From: Podarcis vaucheri
Taxonomy: Eukaryota
NCBI GenBank assembly: GCA_965113315.1
Contig: OZ220363.1
Length of the DNA stretch: 64,000 nt
Direction: 5' to 3' (one strand)
Below, one piece after another: positions 24,374 to 38,500 of the stretch. Each line of letters opens with the position of its first letter. The first letter of the stretch is position 1. The translations under genes were made by a program, and so were the position numbers. The notes under the pieces were generated by a model, which saw only the letters and a list, made by a program, of their open reading frames with translations, made no database searches and had not been told where the DNA came from.

Positions 24374-27300
24374 AGAAAAGTAAGATCAGAGATGACAGCT
24401 ACTTCTATGACCAGGAGATTGCTCAAGGCAGAGAGATGGAATATAGAATCACTTCCCGCATTCAGAGCAAACCCAACGAAGCCTCCAGAATCCAGTGGTG
24501 CTGGGCTGCAGCTTAATTCCAGCTGCTTTTACATGGTTACAATTTGCACACAGGATCCTCTGGATCCTGCAAAGCTATTATCTTTAATTTACAGACAATA
24601 GCAAAGAGAAATCGATGTCCTTTTTGTCCTAATGCAGTGTTGTTGGCAACTAGAGTGGGCAACAGGCCAATCCAAAGCCAACCACTGGAGCAACTGGCCA
24701 AGTGCTATGCCACACTCCTGCCTAGCCCCTGCTGGGGAAGTATGCACCTTTCATGATATTCCTGAAACCTTTCTCTTTCTCTTCTGTGGTTGATTACCCA
24801 TATGTTTTCTGCAGCGTTGTTTGTTTGTCTGTCCTATAGCAGCTTTCAGATCAATGGTAAACTGCATGACAGGTATCCATGGGTCAGACTTTGCTTACAG
24901 GTCCCCAGTCGCCAATTACTCTCATAACAGTAAACCTGAGACAGGAACTGTAGCATGGTGGTCTCCCAAGCTCTAACCTTGCACACTTCAATCTTGCATA
25001 TTACTAGCCCATACCTGTACAAAGGCAATGCCAATCCCCACTGCTCCAATGATTTTCAGGTGTTCCTGGATGAAGTTTTCCAGTTTAGTGATGCAGCCAC
25101 CCTAGAGAGAGAGAGAAAAAAAATTGTTGACATAATTTCAAGTTTAATTTGTGTCTTCTTGTGCTGTTTCGAGATTCGCATGTGAAAAAGAAGTTTTCAC
25201 ACAGCAAATAAATGCAAGAAAATAAAAAAATGGGCTGGGGCATCTGAACAAATGCTCATCCTTGCAAGGATTTCTTGGCCTAATGCTTCACTTTAACCAT
25301 GTTACACATGTGGCCTGAATAGAGGGCTCCTACAAAGTCAAATCAGTAGTAGTAGCTTGAATCAGTGGAGCATCAGCAGCCAACTGTAAACCTGTAACAT
25401 CAACAGGCACTAAAAAAAGAGATGAAGTAGAACACAGCGTTAGGGAAGCTCAATCGCTGTCTGCCTCCATCTTTAAAATATTGTCTTTGGCCTCCTGGTG
25501 GCCTGTTTATCTGCCTTGCCAAGTCATTGCAGACAGGAGAAATAACAGGTTTAGCTGCAGTGCGAGGCAAGCTTTATTTTTTAAGTTGTTTGATCATTCC
25601 ACAAATGTATTCCCACTGGGTAGTGGCCTAAGGAAGAAAGCACATGAGTACATGGCTCATGGTTTCAAAGCTCAAGCCAGTAAAGGCAGAGCTGAGGAGA
25701 CTCAAGTTTAAATCCCCCATGAGCTATGAAGCTCATGGGATGGCTTTCAGTCAGTCACCATCCCTCAGCCTTGCCTACCTCATGGGATAGCTCTGGCGAG
25801 AATGAAAATGGAAAGGAATATCTACAGAACACACTTATAACTACCGTATTTTTTGCTCTATAAGACACACCAGACCACAAGACGCACCTAGGTTTTGGAG
25901 GAGGAAAACAAGAAAAAAAATATTCTAAATCTCAGAAGCCAGAACAGCAAGAGGGATCGCAGCACAGTGAAAGCAGCAATCCCTCTTGCTGTTCTGGCTT
26001 CTGGGATAGCTGCGCAGCCTGCATTCGCTCCATAAGACACACACACATTTCCCCTTACTTTTTAGGAGGGAAAAAGTGAGTCTTATAGAGCAAAAAATAC
26101 GGTACTTTGTACCAATTTAACTTCTATGTCTCCCCCCAAAGAGGTCTAGTTTGGGGAAGATGCTTAAAATCCTTTGTTAAAGGATCTCCTGTCCCTTCCC
26201 ATACAAATATGGTTCTCAGGATTCCCTAAGGAGAGGGAACAAGTGTTTTGAAATGTGTTTTAACTGATTATGTAAACTGGTCATTCTTTCTACGTTTCCT
26301 TTCAGCAACCTGTCACAGGCAGGTCAATCTCAAAAGGCAGACTGGAGGCAAATGTTGCAGAATGTAAATACTTCACTATTCTTTCCAAATCTTTGGAAAT
26401 ATTATTTAATACATTTCTTTATATCCACGTAAATGGCACTTCTGTGTGATTTACATGAGAGGACAGTTCCCTGCCCCAATAGGCCTACAATGTAGAAACA
26501 AGACAATGTGAGACAAGAGACGAATGAGGAGGAAATGGAGGCCAGGGCAAGCTGGGGAAGGAAATACAAAATGGTGGAATCTCCTTTCAAACGAGTATCT
26601 TTTCTCACCAAAAGTATGTCCTATTGCACTTTGGAAAAGAAGCTAGGGGGTGGGCAGCAGGAATCACCTGGGCCCAGCAGTCAGCAATCATGCCCCAAGG
26701 CACAGGGCTTAGTCTGTCTCTGCCTAAAACAAGCTTAGTTGCAGAAGTTATTCATGCTCCTCATATCATTTAATCCCCCTCTGAATCCTGTTGAAAAATG
26801 ATTGCTTCATTGCCATCACTCTTTGGCAGAACACTCTGTAGACTGAAACATCAACTGACAGTTGGAAAATTGGAATTCCGTGGCTAAAAAAAACTTCCCA
26901 AAGTATTTTTGAGTTTAAGGGGACAAACTTTTTTTTTTAAAAAAAATACAGTTTAGGTTGCCAGGTCTGACTGTTTGTCCCTTTTCATTGAAAATGGTAA
27001 AAACAACAACCCAAGAACACCACAAGATGGTGGCAAAGTATCTCTGCCTCACCTGCCCACGTGTTGGAACAGAACTGTTGAGGAATATAAATATCTATTT
27101 GCGACTAGTTTTGTGACTACTCTAGAAGAAAATCTTCAGGCAATGTTGCAGAACATACTGAGAGGCTGAATCTGCTGTGGTGCCTTGCATGGAACTTGTT
27201 GATAAAAGTAGTCTCAGAGCCATCTGGCATCCACTTAACTTTCAGATAAGAGGGAGGCGGCTCAGGTCTGATTTCTTACCTCTTTGTAGATATTCGAAGG

Positions 27301-29481
27301 ATGATCTCTTTGGCCACACTTATCTGTCACTGTCTTGCAGCAACTGTCAGGGAACTTCCGGTTTAATGCATCAGGAGATTTGATCCATTCGCTGTCACTC
27401 CAGTCTGAAGCATTATGGCTGCCACAGCACTTAAACTGAACACATACAAACATAAAAGCAAAGTTTGCAGGGCTTATTGCCAAAAGATGTTGCAACACTC
27501 AAGTTGTCTATGGTATCATGTCTGTGAATGCCTGTACCTCTGGCCTGCACAACTGCAGGAGTATACAGCCCACCAGTCATACAACAGAAGAGCTATTGAG
27601 CTTTTGCAGTGCTAGAGGGCTGTGCACATTTCTTCCCAAGAGCAACACCAAGCTGGGTTTAGCTGGCATTTCTGTAAGAGAGTATAACTATGACTGCTGA
27701 CTGGTTTCTTTTAAAGAAAACGTTCCTTAAATATAAAGCCATCCTTGAATAAAGATATACATGGTGATGTCACTGCTACTTACTATACATATATGGGATG
27801 TGTGTAAGCTGGCCTATAAACATCCTGCTGCTCCTTTGACAGTCAATGAAGAGGCTACTCTGGTTGTTCTCGCTGTATCAAGCTACATTCTCTGTAAGCA
27901 GATCAAATATTCGGCATGGTGTAGAAGAGACATAGCTAGAGTGAACTCATTCCTGGCAGGCATGCTGTACGCTCACATGCTTCCTATCCATTACAGTCCA
28001 AGCGAGTCTCCTCCCTTCCTTGCATTTTCCCGTCTTATGTCATGTCTGCAGAGAAACACCCTAGGCATGCAGCCAGAAGCTCTGCATGTGTAGGCCTGCC
28101 ATACGCCCAGATTTTCCTGGACATTACTGGGATATCAAAGGGGGAAATTTCCAAAAGAAGGCGCTTAGTCCTGGATCTTAGGCAAGTAAAAAAAAAAAAC
28201 CACAACAATTTTGGTGGTGTTCTGGTTTTTACTTTTTGAAATATGGCTAACAGATTGAGGTTGAATCCTAACAAGACAGAAGAACTGTTCTTGAGGGGAA
28301 AGGCAGGTGTGGGGGACTCCCTGGTCCTGGATGGGGCAACTGTGCCCCTGAAGGAGCAGGTGCACAGCCTGGGAGTCATTTTGGACTCACAGCTGTCCAG
28401 GGAGGCGCAGGTCAATTCTGTGTCCAAGGTAGCTGTTTACCAGCTCCATCTGGTATGCAGGCTGAGACCCTACCTGCCTGTGGACTGTCTCGCCAGAGCG
28501 GTGCATGCTCTGGTTATCTCCTACTTGGACTACTGTCTAGAATATCAACATTTTAAAAAGCCACATAAGTATAAAAATATTGCTGTGGTAAAGTGGTTTT
28601 ACTAACTAAAAAGTAGGAATAGTAGGAACCAATCATTCCCCTGTCACTAGCCAAGGTTTCACCTTCTTTCTGAACTGCGGCAAGTCTCAAATAACTTTCT
28701 GTAACCTTGGAGCTACGCAGCTGAGTGCACGTCCTCTCCTGTATGAATTACAGCCTAAAACAATGAGATGCCTGTCCAAGTTTTCCAAACTAGGTGTGTC
28801 AGACAACACAAGTGCTCCCTGATGGAATGACCTAAAATAGGGCTTCTCTGCTTGATGGAAGATAAAATCTCTGCCTTTTCTCTCTGCTCTGTTGTAAACT
28901 GGATTCCCCATCATCCACTTCCATCACTAGAGATTACTGGCTCCGAGAAAAAGTTGTGACAAAGAAGTAGTGGGGGCTTCCTCACCTTCCACATTCAGAA
29001 AGGCTGCCACATTTGCTCCAAATGAAGATGTGTCTGCGCTCTCACTTTTCTCTTCAAATGACATGTGAAGGTATAGTGGATTGGTGCTTCGGAGACGCAA
29101 CCACTAAATATGGCCACCTGTTTATTTTAACCAGCTGCACTTGTGCTTCTCTTTTGGGACTTCTTGTGCCAGGAATGAAGCCAAGAGGCAGCAATGTGCT
29201 AATAATACATGTGCCCTGTACAGCACCTCTTGACCAAGTAGAAGGCCTGGGAAAGTGATCTGTACAAAGTAGGAGGCATGGGGGAAATTATCTATATTTG
29301 GAAAGCCCAGTCAGGGTATCCAAGGGACTGCTCTGTGTGGTCAAGCACTCTGCAAATATTCTGACAAGCTGTATCTCACAAACCCTAGGTCTCTTAAGGC
29401 TGGTTCATAGTTATTTATTCATGCCATAAAATTTATATACTGCTTGACTGTAAAAAGCAAACAAACCTCAAAGCCGTTTAT

Positions 29482-29517
<36 letters not shown>

Positions 29518-32500
29518 CAGTAATTTGATAATTTCATGTGCTACTCAAGAAAATGGAAGTCTGGAGCTCCCCCTCTCCAGTTGTGAATCAAACAATCCAG
29601 ATGAGCAGAGGCCTATATGTATATATTTCTATGCAATTAGACTCTCATTTTGCAACGCAGATGGCATTTGCCACAAAAAAGGGAGGTGGAAAGAAGGCCT
29701 GTTGCGTATCAATGTGTGTGCAAGACCTCAATTCGCATAATAAAATGGTCCATGTGCACAGGAGGTGTGCATGAGAATGAAGCTCATTCCCACCATGTTT
29801 ATAGAATCTACAGGCCAGAGCACAGCACAGCTGGATTCTTGAAACCCCCATTCCACAGCACATAGGATCTTCTTGCAACAGCAGCATGCAGGTCCAAATT
29901 GCAACTGTGTATACCAGCTTCTGCCCAGCTGGTGCTCTCCAGGTATTTTGGACTACAACTCCCATCAGCATCAGCCAGTAGGGCAAGCTGAGGCTGATGG
30001 GCATTGCAGGCCAAAATACAGTATCTGGATGGTACCAGCTGGGCAGAGGCTAGTTCACAGAGATGAGGCCAGAAGATGCACGTCATAGATGCCCTTGTGC
30101 ATTTTAACAATAAAACAATGAACAGACTACTGCAATCGACACAAGATAATATCACCAAGGCAACTATATGTAAACAAACAAGAAATGTCCATAAAAATGG
30201 CAAAAGTAGTTTCCTTCCCAAATAGGTTTTATCTTAAACAACTGCAAATGCAGTAAATAAAGAGTTCACTTGTGATATATCAAGGGCTTGGATATCAATC
30301 AGACGTTTCATCGCTAAAGAGCTTAGTCATCGAGTTTTGTAGTAAATAATATACAAGAGAAGACAGTATGTAAACGACTTGAAGGAGGGGTATATCTGTC
30401 CCCATCTGCATGTTTCCATTGGGAGGAACATAGAAAGAGAACGATGTCCTTCAGTTTGTCAAACCTCCTACAGTTTAGTGACGAAACGTCTGATTACCAG
30501 AACGATGTTCAAGCACTGAACCACTGGAATATCACAAGTGTACTGTTTATTACTGAGTTTGCAGTTGTTCAAGATAAAATCTATTTTGGAAAGAGAAGAA
30601 ATGAGCACTGAACCTCTGATATATTACAAGTGAACTCTTTATTTACTCCATTTGCAATTGTTTAAGATAAAACCTATTTGGGAAAGAAACTACTTTTGCC
30701 ATTTTTATGGATGTTTGTTACAGATAGATGCCTTGGTGTTTATTATCTTGTATCAATTGTTGTGCATTTTAGGCAAGTGGAGAAACCATTCCACATATTT
30801 GGTGGAATACTTCCTTCCATAGTCGAAAGATGTAGAATTTTATCACCCTATTTAAATCCATTTCCTAAGCCTACCTCCTGCTGCAGTTTGTCCACCGCAC
30901 TAGTCACAGACACTTCGTCCGGCTTCATGTACTTCTGGGTCATTGTCTCCTTCAGATTTTGCTTCAGCTCCGCATTCAGCTGCATAGGGTGGGGAAAAGG
31001 TAGTGGGGATGGAAAGAAAATATGAATAATATCCTTCTTTGACATAGCTCTCTGTATGATAACCAACACAAAACTGCACCCAGAATGACTCAATAGATCC
31101 CTGGTCCAATTTTACAAGATATATAAATTTGGGAAACAAAGGTGAGATGGAGAGTTGCAGAGTGTTAGGCAAGTGGGTTGCTCTAGAGCAGGATTGACCC
31201 TGTGGCTCACCAGATGTAGCAGGACTAGAACTCACAACTTCCTGGCCACTGGCCATGTAGGCCAGGACTAATGGAAGATCACATCCCTGCTCTAGAGAAT
31301 CCCCAAGCTCTAAATAAACACAGGCAGATGCAACAAGCCTTTCTTCCCTTTTGCCTAGGTAGATCACAATCTGGTGAGATCTGAGTGATCTGCAAGAATT
31401 CTGACTCCCAATCCTTTAACAATAGGAATGACACACTCCCCTTCTCCCCTCTAAATTAGGCTGCTGAGATTAAGAAAGCTGCAGGAGGGGACCCAACAGT
31501 TGATTTGTGTCCAACTGGACTGTGAGCTTAGTTCTGCTACAGAAAAAATTCCCAAGTTGAAAGTGTTCCAACAACGTTCTACCAGAATCGCACTGCCACT
31601 ATTTTGCTCCAGCTGGTGGACCTTGGGTCTCTTCTAAAAAGCCAAATACACATCCCAGAATCCTGAAGTCTGGCCGCTTCTAGCCTAAGCTTATTTTCTA
31701 AGATTTTCTGTAAAATAAACAGGCATCCCACTTCACTTGAATTCTAGCTTGTTTTATGGCCCTGGGGCTCCACTGGCTTGGGCCCAAGCACCTGGGCTTG
31801 ACTGGATTCATGGGACAGGCTATCAGCGACCCCAGTACTTTTGAAAGTAGAGCTCTGCAGTTGTCACCATGAACTACATTTTCTCTCATGCATGCACTTC
31901 ACCACTGGTGAATGACATGGAAAGTTCCATCAAACTCTTACTACAATGTACGCAGAAACAACAAAGCTGCCTTATACTATGGACTCATCTAGCTAACTAC
32001 CTGTCAACCCTGATTGGCTACATATCTGTAGGATCTTGAGCAGAGATCTCTCTCAGCCCAACCCATGGAGATCTTTTAACTGCAAATGTCAGTAACTCAG
32101 CCCAGAGACCTTTCAGCATCTAAAGAAAATGCTCTACCACAGAAGCACTTGGGGGGGGGGGAGCAGATGCCCCAGGAAACAAAGCAAGGGTTTTTGCATC
32201 AAAATACAGCAGTGATACATCCTTAAATTCCACTTGTACAAGGTAAACATATCAAAGGAGTGACTAGAGCATCATTTGTTTGCCAGACTGGTGCCTTGAT
32301 TTGAACCCAAATGATATGAGGCTTTAGAGATGAATAATTCACACAAATACAAGGGGAAAAGGTTTGCTGGCACCAAAAGCAAAATTAGAGAGAGAGAGAC
32401 TCAATTAGCAGATGCCTTCCAGGAAAAACAAAATAAATTACCTGTGGGCTCATAGGAAAGAACTGCAGCGTGGAACAAAGGCAGCAAAAGCAAATACACA

Positions 32501-35500
32501 GAGTTTTATAAGCATATTGGGGTAAAGGGAAGCAAGGAGGGGAAAATAAGAGGAAGAATCACAAAAGACAAAGTGCATTCAACCCTAGATATAAGGGAAA
32601 AGGAGGCTTGCAAGGAGGGCACGGCAGACAGAAGAAACAGAGGCTTGCAAAACAAGTCGGATCCACACAAACACTGGTGTCCCTCCCAAAACTACAAATC
32701 CCAGCATGCCATGCTCACTTGCTTGCATTATCAAAGCCAATCCCATGCATTCCTGAAACAGCATTTTAAATTAGCTCATCCTTCCTGGGAAGCTGATTGG
32801 ATAACCATCCTAAGAGCTAATGATTCCTCAGACAGCTTTTGAAAAAGAAAGCTTCCTCTCTTTGAAAAAAAATGTTTGGCCTGTTCTATGCTGGATGATT
32901 TCTGTCCATATGAAGTTGTGATTAGGAATTGTTCAAGGCAGTCTATTAAACAATTTCCATGCAGACCTGGATATAGGAGTTAGCTTCATTTTACCTTACC
33001 CATTAAATAAATAAGATGCAACAAAATCCCTGCAAAGGTGTCTTCTCAGAGGCTATGGGGTGGGGGGAACAGACGATAAAAAACGCCATCTAGAACAGCC
33101 ACCCCACCCCACCTGCTGCCCTCCAGATGTTTTGGACTACAACTTCCATCCTTGATAACCTCTGGCCACGCTGGCTGGGGAGGACTGGAGCTGTAGCTCA
33201 GCAAGGTCTGGAGACCACCAGGTTGGGAACGGCTGATCTATGCAAAGCTGGTGGCAGCTTATGAAAGCATGTAGCCCAGGAGATCAAGCTTTGTTGAAAT
33301 GCACACATCCGTTTTATAAAAGGATATGTGTGAAGCCCCGAGTTACGGTGTTCTGTCACACACCTATCTTCCCATTGCCTTTGGGCCACCAGATCTGTAT
33401 ACTTGTAGCTGAATGCAGACATCAGAATTGTTTAAACAAAATATGGATGATCCTGAGGAAGTTGGTGCATGTAGACCTCTTATGTTCCCCACTGAGCTTT
33501 TCTGGGTTTAGTCGCACTTATTTGTGCAATAGGAAGGTTCTACGGTAACAACAGCTTTCTGCTAGTAAGGGGGGAATCTTCAGCACAAGCAATCAGACTG
33601 TTAGTCCATTTCATACTAATGTGACAACGGAAAAGAGAGAAAGAGGCAATGCAAAGGGAAATTTGTATTCCAAGCACAGGTGCAGCAGCTAGCCAGATGC
33701 TTTGTTAGAGGGTATTTTCACACATCAAGACACTTTTTCTGGATCAACTCAATGCTGATCTATTTCATGCAGTATTAAATTGGCAAACTCATACAGAATT
33801 CATAGGCAAATACCATTTCGGGTGGCAGTGGTAGTTTTTTTAAATAATAAAAAAAATCAAACTGATATAAATCACTGGGTGATATCGTACAGAGACATAC
33901 TCAAAGTAGACCCACGAAATGGTTTTTTGGGGGGTTTTTTTACACATAGAATTATTTTTGTTGACGTTTCTCACTGTGAAATGGCTTCAACATATTTTAT
34001 GGGATGTGATTCATAAATGGAATCAAATAAATAAATACATTGCTGCGCCACAAAACAGGCTCTGCTTGGGCCAATGTTGTATATGAATGCATGCAAATAA
34101 TATTTGAAATGAAAGTAAGCTTTTTTTTATATACCAGAGGAAGGTACCGGGAGAGAAAAAAGGTAGGACGAGATGGGCTCATAACACACCTTTAAATTGA
34201 ACTCTCAGCAGTCACACAATACGGGCCTGCTATTCTAGGACACTTAAATATCTCTTGTAGACCCACCCTCACCCCATCAGTTCAGGGTATCGGTTTATTG
34301 GCCACAGTGGCCTTGGTCTGGGGCATCACTCATCTCTGCAACAGACATGTTCATAGGGATTTGAAGAGCCTCTGCCCGCAGCAGGCTTCTTTCGCCTGTG
34401 ATGTTGCCACCGATGTCACTATAGGGCTGGCTGGGATTGGGCATGGGAGTATGAAGGGAAACCACAGCAGAATGACGGGTGGGGCTATGCAGAGCGAAAG
34501 GAGAACCAGTGTGACATAGCGATGAGGAGTTCAAATCCCCGCTCAACCATGAAGCTCACTGGGTTGTTGTGAGGATAAAATGGGGAGAACCTTGTACACC
34601 CCCTTGAAGGAGAAGGTAGTATATAAGTGTAACAAACAAACAAACAAACATGTGCACGCTTTTTTATGACAAACACCAGGACACTTGTGAGAAGTGAAAG
34701 GCAATGGTGTGAGAACCCTGGAAAATACAGTCTGTCAACCTGAGGGGGCTCTTTGCTAGTTATTAGTGGCTGCTTACCTGCTGGTAGTAGATATAGGCCA
34801 GGATTCCAGCAATTACCTCAAGCAGGAAGATGCACAGCAGCAATATAAAATACTGCAAAAAAAGCAAAATGACATGTGTTAGAATAGACCAGAGCATAAT
34901 GTCACCACCGGTGAAAGGCAGCCCTATGCAAATCTTTGAGGAAATGCTCAAAGCTAACAAATCGATTCCACTCCCCCCTTAAGAAACATAGACTGGCAAA
35001 ACAAGCAGAGGTGGGTGCCAACGCTTGAAAGCCCAGAGAATGGGCAGCACGGAATGGGGAAAGTAACTTGCTGGGATCCAGTGGCACAGCTAGAGATGAA
35101 ATGTTGGGTTCAGTAGATTCAGCAACAAAAACCAGTGTAGTTAACACATGAAGCTGCCTTATGCTGACTCAAGTCCACCCAGCCTAGCATGGTCTACTCA
35201 GATATGCAACGGATCTCCACAGGCACCTTTCGTACTCCTGCTACCTGTAACGCTTTTAACTGGAAATACCAGGGATTGAGCCTCGAATATGCCTGCATGC
35301 AAAGCACGAGTGACTGATCCTTGGTTCATCCCTAGACGGTTTTCACAGCTGTGGTTCCTACTTCTCTCCTGCCAACGCCACTTGTCTTGAAATGCAAGCC
35401 CTCCAAAGCGACATCATTAGGAGCTCATCACAAGCTTGTTAGGGGGCAGTGGAATGCTTCCTTGGTGAGGGCAGGGAGGGTTTCAGAATAACTGGGCTTC

Positions 35501-38500
35501 TTGCAGGGAGGGCTCTCCCAAGTGGGCAAGAGTCAGCAACATGCCTGCAGCAGCACAGGGGCAGCTTCCGGAACTTTGGGCTGAACCGTCAAAGAATAAA
35601 ACCAGGCACAGGGTGCAACACAGAAGAGTTTCCCTGCCCAAATTGCTCAGAGAACCCTAAAGCAGACCCAACTCAGAACTTGAGCAAGGCTTGGATCGTT
35701 CAGAACTCATGACACATTACATCACTAAGCTTATGACAGTCTGAGCTGTACATGTACTGTCAGCAACAGAATTAGAATGAATACAATGGGAGAAATCTGA
35801 AATGTATTTGCTTGGAAACTCTTTGTATACAAGTATCAGCCATTATGGTACTTAGCCACACACAATTACTGATAATGTGTTTTTTGGTATTGCAGTTTTA
35901 GTGACACGGGTGCTACATACACCACAACCTCTTCTATTGGCTATAATAGACTACTTTTTACAAGCCCATTTCAGCAGCCAGCAGGATCCCTGCAAGTCCC
36001 AGGGGAGACTTCTGCAGCACCATGCAGGCAAACCCTGACTCAGGACACCCAAAGGCCATCCTGCAAATCCCTTGCCATTGGAATTAAGGAGGGTAGTGGC
36101 TAGGCAAGGATCTTCTCAGTTGTGGTCCCCTATCTCACAGAGTGTTTCCAACTGTTGGAAAACTTATGAAGTTCTATGCTGCTCTTGAAAAGTTTTTTTA
36201 AAGACCAGCGTGTGTGTTTTTTATGCTCCTTAATAACTGCCTTTCAATCTTTCATATGAAGGATTTAATTTTCTTATTTACTTCCTTTGCTAGCTGCCCT
36301 GGAAATACACACTAGTGAAGGTCATAGCATAAATGTTATTTAACTGAACAGTAAAAGTTAGAAGGGTTTCTCTGCCAGGCAGTCTTCAGTCTGTGAGCAC
36401 ACTGCATCAGCCATTCACTCACCCCACAAAGTGTTGCTGAAGCCTCAGACCAACTGCATGCTTGGACAAGGTATCCCTTTCATACCATGAGAATGAGTAA
36501 CCTAGAAGCGCTCTGGCTAACCAAAATGGGAGACTGAAATTGAACAGAAACACACCTTAGCCCAAGAGACTGCTTTCTTTCTTTCTTTTTGGAGACAAGT
36601 CAGGTAGAGCTACTGACATCATCCCTTTGTCCAGCTTGTACATTAAGGAAAGAGGAAACAATCAACTAAGGAGCTGGAAAGTTGTAATTTCTAGTGCTTG
36701 TGTTCTCACATTGTCCCCTTTGAAAGTACACTCCTCCTCCCACAACCAGACCACTGAGGAGATATATCTATATCTATATTTCTCCAATGGCAGAATGATC
36801 AGGGCTGACAGAAAAGTCCAGATTTAAAACAGCACAGCTGTAAGACCTCTAATATACGGTATATAGAAGCACATTTCTTCTTTAAGAGGTGAGGTTGGAG
36901 CAGAAGGACAGAATCCATCAGAGTTCCTATTAGTCAGAGAGCTGCCTTTGGGGCAGGGAGGGGATGATACTCCACAACTGGGAAGGAAGATCAGTTAAAT
37001 ATCCTATGCGAATCATCTACTGGAGTACCTCCAAAATAAAGTTTTATGGAAGTCATATGATCTGAGTTGGAGGGGTGGGGGAGGAGAGATAGAGACCCCA
37101 CACTTTCTAATTCAGTGGGCCATCTACATACAATCATCATTATAAAGGAATATCTTCTAGCTTTCAATCATTATGGCTATAAAATAACACAACCAACACA
37201 TCACTTCTCAAACTTTCATTCATCATGATGATCCACGAAGACTATCCTTACATATGACATTCTGTACTGAGCATCAAGATTACGACATTGAAAGAAACTG
37301 GGGTTACCTGGTGCAAAGTGGCCCTCTAGACTTGTGAAAATATGCTTGGGGTATGGCAGCCCTTGCCAATCTGGTGCCTTCCCTCCAGCTGCGTTGGACT
37401 ACAGTTCCCATGGTGGTGGCTGGGGCTGATGGGAGTTGTAGTCCAACGCAGCTGGAGGGAAGGCGCCAAGCTGACGAAGGCTGGGATATGGGCTTAAGCT
37501 CAGGACTGGCAGAAGCCTTTGAGCCAACTCTGCCTGGCTGGCCACAAAGTGTTTGTTGTGCATGCTGCTTAACTAAACCAGAGGCCAAGAGACAGGCGAC
37601 AATAGATCTGTCACAACCAGCCACTCAGGGGAGGGGAGAATGGCAACAAAAGGCTCTTTTGTTCCCGAGAGACAATCATTAGTTTTCTGTGGCAAAACAA
37701 CAAAAAAGGACTGTACCAAATTTTTCATCTGTAATTGCTGGCTTGGAAAGACAGAAACAAAAAGGGAGAAGTCTTCCGCACACTGGGCCATTGTGTGCCT
37801 GCCAAGAGGGATTGGTATGGTCTACAGGCCATGTCAGCTCCAGTATCATCACAAGCCATGAGAAATACCACTTCAGAAATATCATAGCACTTTCTTTGTC
37901 CTTACTGTACAGTGTCCCCTGCGAAAGAGGCCTCCGCCTCACACCTTCCTTTTTCATGGCTGCACTGGCAGAGAACACGTCCATTTCCCAGCCCCACCAA
38001 CACATTTAGTTGGAGCAAGCCTACTTTTCACATTATACTCTTAACACACTTTCTGCAAGACAGGTATCCCTATTGATGTCAGAAACAGGAGCATATGAAG
38101 GATCTCATAGGAACACAGGAAGATGCCCTACACAAGTCTAGCCATGCCTCTGAACACTAGTTGCTGGAAACTGCAGGTGGGCAGAATGCTTAGATCCCGC
38201 TTGTGGGCTTCCCAGAAGCATCTGGCTGGCATGCTGGGCTCGATGAACCACTGGCCTGATCCAACAGGGGTTATGTTCACTGGTCCATCTAGTTCAGTAT
38301 TGCAGACACTGATTGGCAGTAGCTTCCCAAGGACTGAATTAGTGGTGGGTCTCCCCACCCAAACATTTCTCTCTTTCTGTCTTAACCCCTATTTCCCTGC
38401 TACAATTTACCATGGCTCTCCGTGTCGATCCCTGCCTACACTGAGTTCTTCCCACTTGCTCAAAGAACACTCACCACTCTCAGGAGGCTCCGCTGCTCCC

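Noticed and set aside
33541-36861. TACGGTA motifs (33541, 36855) as mariner excision footprints
   Set aside because: Two occurrences of a 7-mer in 64 kb cannot be distinguished from chance without orthologous sequence.
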